64,000 bases of DNA, taken from the NCBI GenBank assembly GCA_963760525.1, contig CAVXDT010000005.1, positions 23,628 to 87,627 on the forward strand. Reading direction: 5' to 3'. The position numbers were made by a program, and so were the translations under genes. This document shows, piece after piece, positions 40,289 through 50,044 of the stretch (positions are counted from its first letter, which is position 1; the number at the start of each line of letters is the position of its first letter). The notes under the pieces were generated by a model. That model searched no databases. It saw only the letters and a program-made list of their open reading frames with translations, and had not been told where the DNA came from. Origin of the DNA: Nitrososphaeria archaeon. Lineage in GTDB: Archaea; Thermoproteota; Nitrososphaeria; JACIWG01.

Positions 40289-40561
40289 TTAACTTTTTGA
40301 AGCATACAGGATTAAAGCGGTTATGACCGTCATTATTCCTAACCAGAAGGCGAGGTCTAGGGCTAGAGCCATTGCGTCGACGCTCCATTTGTCCACCGCC
40401 CCGGCGATCGTGCTCGTGGTATGGGTGCCCCAATCTAATGGGAAACCGTAATCTGTGTGAACATTATCTGGCCAATTCACTAGAACCCCCCATGTAAGCG
40501 CGAGTATCGTCACTACAATCCACATTGCCATGAAGGCTGCAGCTTGGGTATTTTTATTCAT
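40289..40561 (-). CDS. small two-TM membrane protein
   Basis: 90 aa with hydrophobic helices at both ends. It is the first gene of a three-gene minus-strand string. Confidence 0.45.
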   Translation of the reverse strand: MNKNTQAAAFMAMWIVVTILALTWGVLVNWPDNVHTDYGFPLDWGTHTTSTIAGAVDKWSVDAMALALDLAFWLGIMTVITALILYASKS

Positions 40562-40839
40562 ATCACAACTGAAAACTCATTTCATCTATTTAACATTTTT
40601 CTTAATTCAAGCATATTTAAGAAAACTAACTAAATCTCCTTCGTAGAAATCAAAAATGGAATGAATAGACTCGATCTATTGAACTCTGTAACATATCTAG
40701 AAAAGACATAGGCACCCGAGAACCTCTTTTCATCCTTACTTCGAGTTTGCATGATTTTGATTCCTGTTGTCTCCTAAAGGAATAGGCTCAAACAGCACAA
40801 AGATAAATGAAATAGGAAAAAAGAAAAAAAGGAGTGTTG

Positions 40840-41527
40840 CTAAAACTTTTGTTTCCTTTTAGCAGTCACCACTACTAGAACGGCTCCAAAACTCCCAGCA
40901 AAGCCACAATAGGCGATACCAACGCAAGTCTGTTTGCAGGCATAAGGCTGCCACCGACAGCGCCAATAGTTGGTCCAGGACAGAATTTAGCATAGAAAGC
41001 TCCTGCTCCATAATGTGCAATAATTGCCTGAAAGCAAAATAGTGTATTCCAGACTGTAAAAGCACTCGGAACGTATCGTGGCTATAGGTTGGATCAGCAA
41101 AAGCCACGTCTGGATCTGTTACACTTCCAGAAACCACTGGCACTTGAGGCGTTGTGCCGATCAGGTTAGCTATTGTAGGATGGACACCATTCACTTCATA
41201 CACTTCGAAATAGTCTCCTTTACTAAATGCGTCAGTAACTGAGATATCAACGTACATCGGCTGCATTACATATATTGACACAATATCATCAGCCCACCCT
41301 GACCCCGAAAATGGAGGCAGAGTACTACTATCAGACCATACTATGTGACCAGGCCATGGGCTCCAAGTGCAGTTCACCTTCATAGGCAATTCTGTAGGTG
41401 TTATCGGGCCTTGCATCGCGATCTGGCCCCCTCCGTTGTTCGACGAGGCTAAGATTGGCTGCATTACACCTAGCATCAGCAAGAGCGTTAATGTCTCTAA
41501 CACTAGCAATTTCTTCAATGCGATCAA
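40840..41527 (-). pseudogene. secreted protein with VGGSL-TM-KRKQKF tail, at least 2 frameshifts
   Basis: The signal peptide is MIALKKLLVLETLTLLLMLGVMQPILASS. The C-terminal reading can be recovered in alternative frames. It reads AIIAHYGAGAFYAKFCPGPTIGAVGGSLMPANRLALVSPIVALLGVL..AVLVVVTAKRKQKF-stop. Confidence 0.55.
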
Positions 41528-41575
41528 CTCAAGGGATGAAAGGCATTATTTATGCTTATTCTTTTTTATATGATC

Positions 41576-41628
41576 AGACAGCAAATCCTTCTTTTTTTCT
41601 CTGTCACCGACCATTTGAAAAAATGAAA
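41576..41628. repeat. intergenic element of about 52 nt, copy B
   Basis: agacagcaaatccttctttttttctctgtcaccgaccatttgaaaaaatgaaa, in the divergent intergenic region between 41527(-) and 41693(+). Confidence 0.85.
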
Positions 41629-41692
41629 CTCCACAACTTGAACGAGCTCTCAATCAATCCTTAATAGGGAGACATAAAATAGTTGCTAACAT

Positions 41693-43411
41693 ATGGCAAT
41701 ATCTGTCTACCTCGATCTAGCTTTGCTATCGCTAGTGAACTTGATACTTTTGTTCGTCATCTTTGGCATTCCAGGGCGCAGAACCAATAGTGAAGAAGAC
41801 CGCGATGTTCGATACAACTATGGCATACTCAGAACAATAGCTGTTATCATAGTAATTTCCATTATACTGGGATTGCTATTCATTTTCGTTACAGTTACAT
41901 TCCTATACGAACTGCTCGCCGACATAGTGCTCGTAGGCCTTTCCATGTCAGCCCTGCAGTATTCGAAGAACATAAGAAATCCGGGCAAGAAGAGCACGCT
42001 CCTCATAGTTTTGTTCATCTTACTCGGCAGTGTGGGTGCAGGCTATTATGGATGGTATGCCCAAGTCAACAACGCTTACTACTTTAATCATCTTCTCGAA
42101 TTCGAACCGGGCAATATTCTATTCAGCAATTCAACTTTACGGTTAGGAGAACTGCCTTTGGTTTCAGAAGACTACGCGAAATCGATTGCTTCTTCGCATC
42201 TGAGTGAGTTTGGAGGCAGCGTGCAACTCGTAGACGAGGAGCAGATCGTTCATCAGGGCCAACCGTACTGGATCTTCACAGTCGCGCCGACAAACACGTT
42301 TGCAGAGAACCATGAGCTGGGTTTCGTACTGGTTGATGCTGTGAACGGCAGTTACATAGATATCAAATCGCCTAACGATGTGGGGCCAGGACTCTTCCTG
42401 TTCAACGAGATTGACTTTCATTCTTTTTTGGAGGATACGACCATCGTCATCGGAAATCACTATCCGACTCCCTCATTACAAGGCAACTCGACAGTCTACT
42501 ACGTTTTTACGCAGAACCAGGTGCAGTTGGACGGTGCGACAGCCTTCAATGGAGGGACGATTTATGGGCCAGACGGGTCCATGGTTTCCAAATATGAAGG
42601 ATTGGATTCCCCTGCTTATGTCAATCAACCTTGGGATAAATTCGTGGTTGCTCAATTGGCAACGAATTGGGGTTCGACTAGGTCGGGAAATAACACCTTC
42701 AGCGTTTTCGCAGGAGGATTCTTCACCATTCCAGCAAGTCAGTTTAGACTAGCTCTTAGCACTGATCAGGAATTAATTCCGTACAGAAATGGGACGGCCT
42801 TCATGCTCTTTGTCAGCCCAGCCAATGCCCCGAATTCACTTGTAGGAGTCATCCTTACGTACAGGGACCAATTTTCCTTTTACGACATGCAGGGAATCAA
42901 TCTTATCTCACCGGACTATGCTAAAGCGACGGTGCAGTCAAAGTTGCCAGCATTGAGCAACGGAAACCTATTCGCTGCAAACCCGGTAATATATCCCTCG
43001 AATGGCAAATTCATTTGGATCGTGCCATATTACTATGACAGCGGCACTGGCGTAGTTCAATTTCAAGGCATAGCTGTAATGGACGCGTCGAACGCAGGTA
43101 ACCTGATAATTCAGGAAGCTCAAGGGGGAATCGAGCAGACCAGGGACACCGCCCTAGCCAGCTTCCTCGGTGAGGGCACCGGCAATCAGACGAAGACAAC
43201 TCAGATTACCGGAACCATACAAGACATCCTCTCCTACGTACAGAACGGAAGCACATACCTCTCGATCGAAATCAATGGAACCTACTATTATGCGACACCG
43301 AATACCTTGTCCTTTGAACAGTGGGTTCAAGCTTTACGACTAAAGATCGGGGATGCGGTCAAACTCCAGGTGGAGGGACAGAAGATAGTCCAGCTGAATA
43401 TTGGAACATAA
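41693..43411 (+). CDS. large membrane-anchored extracellular protein, unknown family
   Basis: 572 aa. Four N-terminal TM helices followed by about 440 aa of a beta-rich, N-glycosylation-sequon-rich domain. Confidence 0.7.
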   Translation: MAISVYLDLALLSLVNLILLFVIFGIPGRRTNSEEDRDVRYNYGILRTIAVIIVISIILGLLFIFVTVTFLYELLADIVLVGLSMSALQYSKNIRNPGKKSTLLIVLFILLGSVGAGYYGWYAQVNNAYYFNHLLEFEPGNILFSNSTLRLGELPLVSEDYAKSIASSHLSEFGGSVQLVDEEQIVHQGQPYWIFTVAPTNTFAENHELGFVLVDAVNGSYIDIKSPNDVGPGLFLFNEIDFHSFLEDTTIVIGNHYPTPSLQGNSTVYYVFTQNQVQLDGATAFNGGTIYGPDGSMVSKYEGLDSPAYVNQPWDKFVVAQLATNWGSTRSGNNTFSVFAGGFFTIPASQFRLALSTDQELIPYRNGTAFMLFVSPANAPNSLVGVILTYRDQFSFYDMQGINLISPDYAKATVQSKLPALSNGNLFAANPVIYPSNGKFIWIVPYYYDSGTGVVQFQGIAVMDASNAGNLIIQEAQGGIEQTRDTALASFLGEGTGNQTKTTQITGTIQDILSYVQNGSTYLSIEINGTYYYATPNTLSFEQWVQALRLKIGDAVKLQVEGQKIVQLNIGT

Positions 43412-43501
43412 TGCGAGATTTCTCGGCATCACATTATGAATAAGGAGGCTGTCTGCTATATCTAAATTTCCAAATCATAAAAGTGATAAAATAATCCTTA
43501 T

Positions 43502-44152
43502 ATGTTCCAAACTGGACAAGACTTTAGGAGTGAACAAGAAATGGAGGAGTACATTCTCTCACTTTTTCCCGACCTAAACCGGATAGAAGATGAAAAGATA
43601 AGGAGGAAGGTCGTGCAAGTCTGGAAGGTCCTCATAGAAAGAAGTGGAGGGACAAAACCCGAGGATCTCCTGCACCCATTATCCGAATATTCACCTCTCA
43701 AGAAAACCCTTGTAGAACACTTGAACGATGTCACTGAAATGTCCATTGAAATAGCGAAATTCGCAGAGAAAGCCTTTAACATACGGGTTAAAATGGACTA
43801 TTTGATCGCGGCAGCGAACCTTTCTGATGCCGGCGCGCTCTTGGAAGGCGGTTGGCATAGGAAATCGAAGAAAGTCGGCGAAAATGAGACGGGGGAAGTC
43901 GGAAAACTGATGGCTCATGCCTTCATCAGCTCGCATGAAGCTCTAAACGCAGGCTTACCCTTGGAGGTCGCTCACGCGATAAGCGCGCACGCTACAGAAT
44001 CGAGTAGGCCGCCGAAGACAGTCGAAGCGATTATTTGCAGGTACGCTGACATGATCGTAGACGACGTACTCGCCGTCCATCTAAAGAGAAAGCCTCTGCT
44101 GACGTCGAAAATGTCCTTCTTCGAGCCACATTTCTTCGAGAAAACAGAATAG
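43502..44152 (+). CDS. HD-domain-like phosphohydrolase (divergent)
   Basis: The helical pattern resembles HD domains: H...V.E....IA then AANLSDAG, then HAFISSHE and AHAISAHA. The canonical HD doublet reads SD. Confidence 0.45.
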   Translation: MFQTGQDFRSEQEMEEYILSLFPDLNRIEDEKIRRKVVQVWKVLIERSGGTKPEDLLHPLSEYSPLKKTLVEHLNDVTEMSIEIAKFAEKAFNIRVKMDYLIAAANLSDAGALLEGGWHRKSKKVGENETGEVGKLMAHAFISSHEALNAGLPLEVAHAISAHATESSRPPKTVEAIICRYADMIVDDVLAVHLKRKPLLTSKMSFFEPHFFEKTE

Positions 44153-44214
44153 AGGCTAGGACGCGATCGCGTTCTCATTACGTGGATTTTCCGACGTTTT
44201 AACCGAAGCTGTTG

Positions 44215-45213
44215 TTAGATTTTTTCACGAGCTGTCTTAACCACTTCTTCCAGGTTTCCTTCTGCTGCGTTCAATGGTATGACGCAGCCAGGGCCGAGAA
44301 TAAGCCTTCTTCTTCCCGTCTGGGAAATCGCGTCTAGAACTTCCCTTCTCACCGACTCGGGTGTTCCTATCGTAAGCGTCTCAGTCTGCTTCAACCCTCC
44401 TATCAGTACTCCCTTAAACCTATGAAATGCTTCCCTGAGCGAAGGCTGCGTCGCCCTATCATGCCAGTTAACAGCTGGAACAGGATAACTATTGGCGACT
44501 TCGTCGAACATCAAATTGGTGCCATGAATGTGAAGCACATTGAAAAAGGCCTTCGTTTCAAGAGCTTTCAAGATCGGCACATCGTACCTAGAGCCAAATA
44601 CTCTAAATTCGTCCATGCTAAGTATATCATATGAGGCTTGCTGGGTTGAAAAGAAGATACCGTTCGCGCCCGTATCCAGAGCATTCCTGCAGAACTCCAA
44701 TGTTGTCCCACTGATTAGTTCCAGTGCTCTATGAACCTTCTCTGGCTCAGTCCTTATGTCTCTGAGGAATCGTTTTCCTGAGATTTTTGAAGCAACTGTA
44801 AGCGGTGAAAAGACCGTCGCGATAAATGGAACCGTTTCTCCAATCGCCTTCTTGAACAATTTGATTCCCTTAAGCATTTCAGCAAGTACGCCCGTTTGAA
44901 CGTTGGGTTCCTTCAGTTTCTCCCAATCTTCAACCGCGTTAATGCTGTACTTTGTGACGATCGGAGCGCCTTCAGTGGAGTTGATGTATTCCATTTCAGT
45001 GCCGAAGGCTATGTTCATGTATCCTCCACTCAGAGAGAATTTTACGAGGTCAAGGTCAAATTTTCTCTGGAGCTCTATATGACGTTTGCAGAGAGACTCA
45101 GCTCTTAGATCGTCGACTGGAAAGTGTTTCCAAAGGCTGACTGGCACGGCCTCCATGACTTCCCCCTTCATCAGCTTTTTGATTAAATCGTATTTAGAGA
45201 CCAACTTCTTCAC
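44215..45213 (-). CDS. uroporphyrinogen decarboxylase (URO-D) family protein, MtaA/CmuA-like
   Basis: 332 aa. Motifs: FIATVFSPLTVA, GANGIFFSTQ, FNVLHIHG, LILGPGCVIP. Confidence 0.8.
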   Translation of the reverse strand: MKKLVSKYDLIKKLMKGEVMEAVPVSLWKHFPVDDLRAESLCKRHIELQRKFDLDLVKFSLSGGYMNIAFGTEMEYINSTEGAPIVTKYSINAVEDWEKLKEPNVQTGVLAEMLKGIKLFKKAIGETVPFIATVFSPLTVASKISGKRFLRDIRTEPEKVHRALELISGTTLEFCRNALDTGANGIFFSTQQASYDILSMDEFRVFGSRYDVPILKALETKAFFNVLHIHGTNLMFDEVANSYPVPAVNWHDRATQPSLREAFHRFKGVLIGGLKQTETLTIGTPESVRREVLDAISQTGRRRLILGPGCVIPLNAAEGNLEEVVKTAREKI

Positions 45214-45227
45214 CGTAAGCTATTCTA

Positions 45228-45629
45228 TCACTTGCGTTCGCTCTTGTCGCCGACGTACGCTATCGCGTTGATCTCCACCAGCTGGCCGTAGCCCCTCGGA
45301 TTTCCAGCCTCCCAACAGGTTCGAGCCGGAGGATCTTTTTTGAAATATGTTCCGTAGACAGCGTTCGCCTTTGCGTAATCGTTCATGTTTCTAAGGATCA
45401 CCTGACATTGCACTACATCATCCATTGTGCCTCCGCCTGCCTCAACTATGGCCTTAACGTTCTCCATCACCTGTCTCGTCTGGCCTTCAACATCTTCCGG
45501 TGTCTCCTTCGTTTTAGGGTTTGTTGGGCCCTGTCCAGAAACGAAGATGAAACCTCCAGCCTTCGTCCCATGTGAATATGGCGCAATTGGCGGTGGCGCA
45601 TCCTTCGTGTGCAAAACTTCTTTTGGCAT
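45228..45629 (-). CDS. ridA: RidA/YjgF/UK114 family protein
   Basis: PIAPYSHGTKAGGFIFVSGQ, PARTCWEAG, VEINAIAY. Confidence 0.9.
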   Translation of the reverse strand: MPKEVLHTKDAPPPIAPYSHGTKAGGFIFVSGQGPTNPKTKETPEDVEGQTRQVMENVKAIVEAGGGTMDDVVQCQVILRNMNDYAKANAVYGTYFKKDPPARTCWEAGNPRGYGQLVEINAIAYVGDKSERK

Positions 45630-45996
45630 TTCTATCTAACTCCAGCGTCAAATTTGGCAAGGTCGTATATAAACCCAATTCTTCGTCTTATGCGCGCTTA
45701 TCCAAAAGCAGCTGTTCTAGTACCAGTGACTGCATGATTATTTTATGTCATCAATTAGTATGTCAATGGGCTTCACTGTCGAGACTTCAGAGACGGTAGC
45801 AACGACCACTACTTCTGTAAAAACTAGTGCTTCTACTGCAACCAGTACTTTTACTACAAACACCTCGACTTTGACTTCTACAACCACTACACAAACCGAG
45901 ATGTTGTCGCCATTCTTTTCTGCCCTTGACTTGACTTTCTTAATGCGTGTATGTAAGAAGAGTTTATAAAATGGGAGTTAGGCGTGTGGTATAGAA

Positions 45997-46584
45997 GTGG
46001 GAGATGTGTTAATCGTAGGGATAAGCGGTAGTCCTAGGGTTGGTGGAAATACTGACATGATCCTACAAGAGGCTCTGGCGGCTGCGAAGGAGGAGGGTGC
46101 GAACGTGAAGCTGATACGCATATCCGACTACAGTCTCCAGCCATGCAACGCCTGTAGGACCTGTTACAGTACTAAAAAGTGTGTTATCGACGATGATGGC
46201 GAGAAGATCTACCAGGAGATTCTCGAAGCGGATGGCGTTATCTTGGGCAGTCCCTCATACTTCCAGGGGGTGACAGCGCAGATGAAGACTTTCATTGACA
46301 GGATCGGCTATCTCGCCTTGGCAAGGGGAAGAAAGGGCTTCGCAGGGAAGGTGGGCAGCGTCATCGGTATCGCCCGTCGCTCTGGCGTGGCGAGAACTTG
46401 TGACCAGATGATGATGTTCATAACAGGTATGAGGATGATAATTCCGAGCGCTGGACGGGCATTCGCCATCGGTAATGAAAAGGGCGAAGTCGCGAAGGAC
46501 ACGGAGGGCATGGAAGGTGCGAGGCGCTTGGGAAAGATGATGGTTAAAACTATAGCAGCTACCTATAACTTGAGAGAGAGTTAA
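45997..46584 (+). CDS. NADPH-dependent FMN reductase / iron-sulfur flavoprotein (Isf-like)
   Basis: VGISGSPRVGGNT, Cys cluster CNACRTCYSTKKC, GVILGSPSYFQGVTAQMKTFIDR. GTG start. Confidence 0.85.
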   Translation: MGDVLIVGISGSPRVGGNTDMILQEALAAAKEEGANVKLIRISDYSLQPCNACRTCYSTKKCVIDDDGEKIYQEILEADGVILGSPSYFQGVTAQMKTFIDRIGYLALARGRKGFAGKVGSVIGIARRSGVARTCDQMMMFITGMRMIIPSAGRAFAIGNEKGEVAKDTEGMEGARRLGKMMVKTIAATYNLRES

Positions 46585-46913
46585 AGTACTTGAATGCTGT
46601 TGACAAGACGTAAATCTTTCTCTTCCTCAACTTCGTCTTCGAATCCAAGGATATGATCTGACAAGCGTCATATTCAGCATACTTAGATAGATCAAAATAT
46701 TATCAGGACTATTTTAGGGCGATATCGAGTTCCATTGACCCCCAGGACGCGTTTATGGTTCGTGATGAGAATCTTGACAAGGTCTTCAAAGCTCCGGTTC
46801 ACTTCAGGAAACTTTTTTTTCATGAATATAACACGTCATCATACTGGAACGCGTTAGGCTTTACATAAGTGTTAATGAACTCGGGCAGGCAAAATTTTCT
46901 GACGATTTTTTAA

Positions 46914-46982
46914 ATATCTGCGATCTTAATCGTTCCAGCAACAGCCATATTCTACTTCGAAAAGAAGAAGAATAGAAAGTAG
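46914..46982 (+). pseudogene. second orphan remnant of the VGGEL-family membrane anchor
   Basis: ISAILIVPATAIFYFEKKKNRK-stop directly after an in-frame TAA. No coding body is recognisable upstream. Confidence 0.55.
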
Positions 46983-47197
46983 ATACGAAGGAGTATCAGA
47001 TAGCAACGAACCATCCTCCTTTTTTTCTCTGCAGACGATGAATCTCCAACGTTATTGTAAGCCTATAAGCCCTAGTTGGAGGTCACATCAATGAGTTAAT
47101 ACATTCTCCTAGCCTTCTTTCTCTTTTCCTCTTCTCTCAGGGCTGAACCCTCCATTTCCTTTTCTCATCCTCGTTTTCTCTTGTTGGTTTTGTGATG

Positions 47198-47737
47198 CTA
47201 TGATGGTAGTTCCTTTCCGCAGTTGCTACAGAAACGCGCGCCTACAGACACTGGCCTTCCACAATTCACACAAAATCTCTGGGGCACTGCTTGAATTGCT
47301 GGGGGAGGTTGAATTGCTGATCTGCTTATCCTATTTGTTGTCGTTTCACTTAGCTTGCCATAGGCGAGGAGAAAGAGAATCCCGCTTATTATTCCATAGA
47401 ATAGGCCTATTATTCCGAGTATGAGGCTGTATGTGCGTGCTTGGCTGTACCTCTCTCTATCGATATTTCCAACTGTAATCCAAGCGAATATCGTGAATAT
47501 TACTCCCGGAACGAAAAGTAAGAGGAAGATCAGAGATATGAAAAAGAAACGTGGGGGAACAACAAGACTTGGAGATGCGACTCCCATAATTGCTCTAAGA
47601 AGGAAGAACCTAAGAACCAAGAAGCCGATGAACCCCATAATCGTCGAAATAATGTAGAATATGAAGCCGACAAAGGCGTATGTCCTAGCGACGCTTTCAG
47701 ATTGACCATGCATCGGATCGCGTTCAACGTTGATCAA
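47198..47737 (-). CDS. membrane protein with C-terminal zinc ribbon
   Basis: 179 aa with four TM helices. The C-terminus is RFCVNCGRPVSVGARFCSNCGKEL. Confidence 0.6.
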   Translation of the reverse strand: MINVERDPMHGQSESVARTYAFVGFIFYIISTIMGFIGFLVLRFFLLRAIMGVASPSLVVPPRFFFISLIFLLLFVPGVIFTIFAWITVGNIDRERYSQARTYSLILGIIGLFYGIISGILFLLAYGKLSETTTNRISRSAIQPPPAIQAVPQRFCVNCGRPVSVGARFCSNCGKELPS

Positions 47738-47851
47738 TTTCCATCATCTCCCGACAAGAGTATTCTGTTTAGTTAAATTTTTCCTAGCCCGAACATTTGC
47801 GGGAAAAGTGTATGTGGAATGCTTGTGGAATGAGTTCGAGGTGAACAAAAA

Positions 47852-48001
47852 ATGTTAGGAAAACCAAATGAGATATTAGATGTGCATGAGAAGGGGTTTG
47901 TCTGCGAAGTATGTGGAAAGGTGTTTCAGAGTAGGGACGAATACAAGCAGCACAACTGCGAACAACACATAGAGGGCGGCTGTAGCATAAAATGGCACTA
48001 G
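47852..48001 (+). CDS. small C2H2 zinc-finger protein (49 aa, below the ORF-track cutoff)
   Basis: MLGKPNEILDVHEKGFVCEVCGKVFQSRDEYKQHNCEQHIEGGCSIKWH. The pattern is C-x2-C-x12-H-x5-H. Confidence 0.6.
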   Translation: MLGKPNEILDVHEKGFVCEVCGKVFQSRDEYKQHNCEQHIEGGCSIKWH

Positions 48002-48090
48002 AGAGATCTGGGCCTGTGCTGTGCTGAAATACTTTACGTCCAAGAGAAGCTTTATATAAGAAAAGTTAGTTGAAGTATGAGACAGAGAAA

Positions 48091-48657
48091 ATGAGCGAAA
48101 AACTAGCGAATCCAGCCCCACTCGGTCTCTTAGGATTTGGAATTACAACCGTGCTGCTTAACATGCATAACGCTGGCTTTTTTCCACTTGACAGCATGAT
48201 CCTCGCGATGGGCATAGCCTATGGAGGTCTTGCGCAGGTAATAGTTGGCATAATGGAATACAAGAACAAAAACACATTTGGTATGGTAGCATTTACTTCA
48301 TATGGCCTGTTCTGGTGGTCCCTTGTAATACTATTATTATTGCCAAATAATCTCGTTGGAGTGAACGCTGCAACAGCAGGTTCCATGGCTGCGTACTTCT
48401 TCATGTGGGGGCTGTTCACGTTTGCCATGTTCTTTGGAACCCTAAAAACAAATCGTGGACTACAGTTTGTTTTCATGAGCTTGACCATCCTCTTCTTCCT
48501 CCTGACTGTCAGAGAACTGACTGGAAACTCTGTCATAGCCCAAATCACAGGTTACGAAGGCATCATATGTGGGCTGAGCGCTGTATACGTGGCTTTGGCA
48601 GAAGTGTTGAATGAGGCTCAGGGAAAAACAGTACTACCCATAGGGAAAGTAAAATAA
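48091..48657 (+). CDS. satP: acetate uptake transporter, GPR1/FUN34/YaaH (SatP) family
   Basis: [18 protein letters not shown] signature and six TM helices. ATG at 48091. Confidence 0.9.
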   Translation: MSEKLANPAPLGLLGFGITTVLLNMHNAGFFPLDSMILAMGIAYGGLAQVIVGIMEYKNKNTFGMVAFTSYGLFWWSLVILLLLPNNLVGVNAATAGSMAAYFFMWGLFTFAMFFGTLKTNRGLQFVFMSLTILFFLLTVRELTGNSVIAQITGYEGIICGLSAVYVALAEVLNEAQGKTVLPIGKVK

Positions 48658-49013
48658 GCAAGTTTTTTTGTTTAGTTCGATCAGAATAGCGTCCAATAAT
48701 GCATGAATTTCTTTCATATCAAAAAAATGTGAAATGCAGAAATGATGTCTTTGAGCCCCTTGCGGATCGATTGTACTGGGACATTTGTTGATGTCAAAGG
48801 TTTTAAATAGGGTACCCTAAACATCCGCTTTAAAGGCGGTCTTAAGCCTTGACCCACCACTCCTTCAATCATTATGGCATTTTTCTAATATTGTACGGTT
48901 CAAGTTTCTAGCTTTGTTTTTGTTGTTCTGCTTTTGTTGGCCGGTTGAAGGGTTGGCTGCTGAAGGTTCTGTTTTAGTTTTCGAAGCTTCCATCTCTTCT
49001 GCTTCTTTCGTAT

Positions 49014-49316
49014 CTATGACATTCGACGTGACCCCATTCGCTGAAAGCCTGGTACAAAACCTCCTTTTTCTTCAGGCCAATTATCGTGCCTGCTTGAAAA
49101 CTTCATAGGTTTGCCGCACACACTGCATGGAACCCTGAAGTTGTCCTCCTGTTCTCTGACCTGCTTTCTTCCCTGCTCCCTGAATGCTTCCGTCGCGTTT
49201 CTCACGCCTTCTGCTACTTCAATAATATATTGTTGGGTTAGATTCCTGATGAAGGTTGCGTACGATTTTTTTCCCTTAAGCGCATCCAAGGTACTCTTAA
49301 ATCTCGTGAGAGACAT
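49014..49316 (-). CDS. putative ribbon-helix-helix DNA-binding protein with C-terminal Cys/His motif (possible frameshift near 49075)
   Basis: The N-terminus MSLTRFKSTLDALKGKKSYATFIRNL fits a strand-helix-helix pattern. The alternative frame after an A-run gives CSVCGKPMKF...EVLYQAFSEWGHVECH, ending at 48974. Confidence 0.45.
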   Translation of the reverse strand: MSLTRFKSTLDALKGKKSYATFIRNLTQQYIIEVAEGVRNATEAFREQGRKQVREQEDNFRVPCSVCGKPMKFSSRHDNWPEEKGGFVPGFQRMGSRRMS

Positions 49317-49396
49317 ATAGAAATAGAGGTGTGGGTCTTCCTATACTTGTAATATGCTGGGGGATAGTGATATTTTCGCTTTGGCATAGTCAAAGG

Positions 49397-49526
49397 CATA
49401 TGTCACATCCATATATTAAAGGTATATGTTTGCTATATGTTAAAGCTATACACCAGAAATATGTTATTGTTATATGTTTGATATATGCTAATCCATATCT
49501 TAATCCATATGTTATTTGTATATGTT
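49397..49526. repeat. array of ten phased (T/C)ATATGTT-like boxes
   Basis: Boxes start at 49397, 49410, 49423, 49434, 49458, 49471, 49482, 49494, 49506 and 49519, with spacing of 11-13 bp and one 24-bp gap. Four are exact TATATGTT. An 18-mer TATATGTTAAAGC(T/C)ATAC occurs at 49434 and 49519. Confidence 0.9.
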
Positions 49527-49548
49527 AAAGCCATACCATTTTTTTGCT

Positions 49549-49720
49549 TTTTAGCGGGGTCATGTAATTGACGTTTTCCCTAGAGAAATGCCCCAGACTA
49601 CGCTCGACTTTTAGGCGTTGCAAACTCCTTTTTTTACAGTTTTAACGGTCGAAATTTGGATGCAAAACCCCTTTTTTAGCGGTCTAAATTTGCGTTTTTG
49701 GAGGGTGTTTTTAGACGATT
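49549..49720. repeat. second set of direct repeats, TTTTA(G/A)(G/C)CG-type
   Basis: Copies are TTTTAGCGGGGTC (49549), TTTTAGGCG (49609), TTTTAACGGTCGAAATTTGG (49640), TTTTAGCGGTCTAAATTTGC (49674) and TTTTAGACG (49709). The two 20-mers differ at 3 positions. Confidence 0.85.
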
Positions 49721-50044
49721 TTGGAACTTGGAAAAATAAGCGAAATCGATAGATCGCGCATGGGGAACATGTCGTCATCATCGTCATCAGAAGAGGAGAT
49801 GGGTTCCTTTAGGACAAGGATTTTTACTGCTCTTCGCGTCTGACTTTGGATGCACTGGGATAACGTCTGTAGACCAGAAACAAATGCCTCTCGACGTAGA
49901 ATAATCCAATCTGGTACACTTCGTTAGGGAGTCAATGTTGAGCGAGCCTCGCTTCAACAAAGACTTCTTTTCAACTTCACCCTAAGGGCGACGGTCTGAG
50001 ATTGTTTGCAAGCTTATATACTGTAATGGCTCACATGGATTGAG

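Noticed and set aside
45745-45969. 74-aa Thr-rich ORF between ridA and the Isf-like gene
   Set aside because: It has no signal peptide or anchor, its composition is low-complexity, and it lies in a divergent promoter region. It could at best be a remnant of a stalk protein.
47876-48121. 81-aa minus-strand ORF
   Set aside because: It overlaps a convincing plus-strand C2H2 zinc-finger ORF and the start of the SatP gene.
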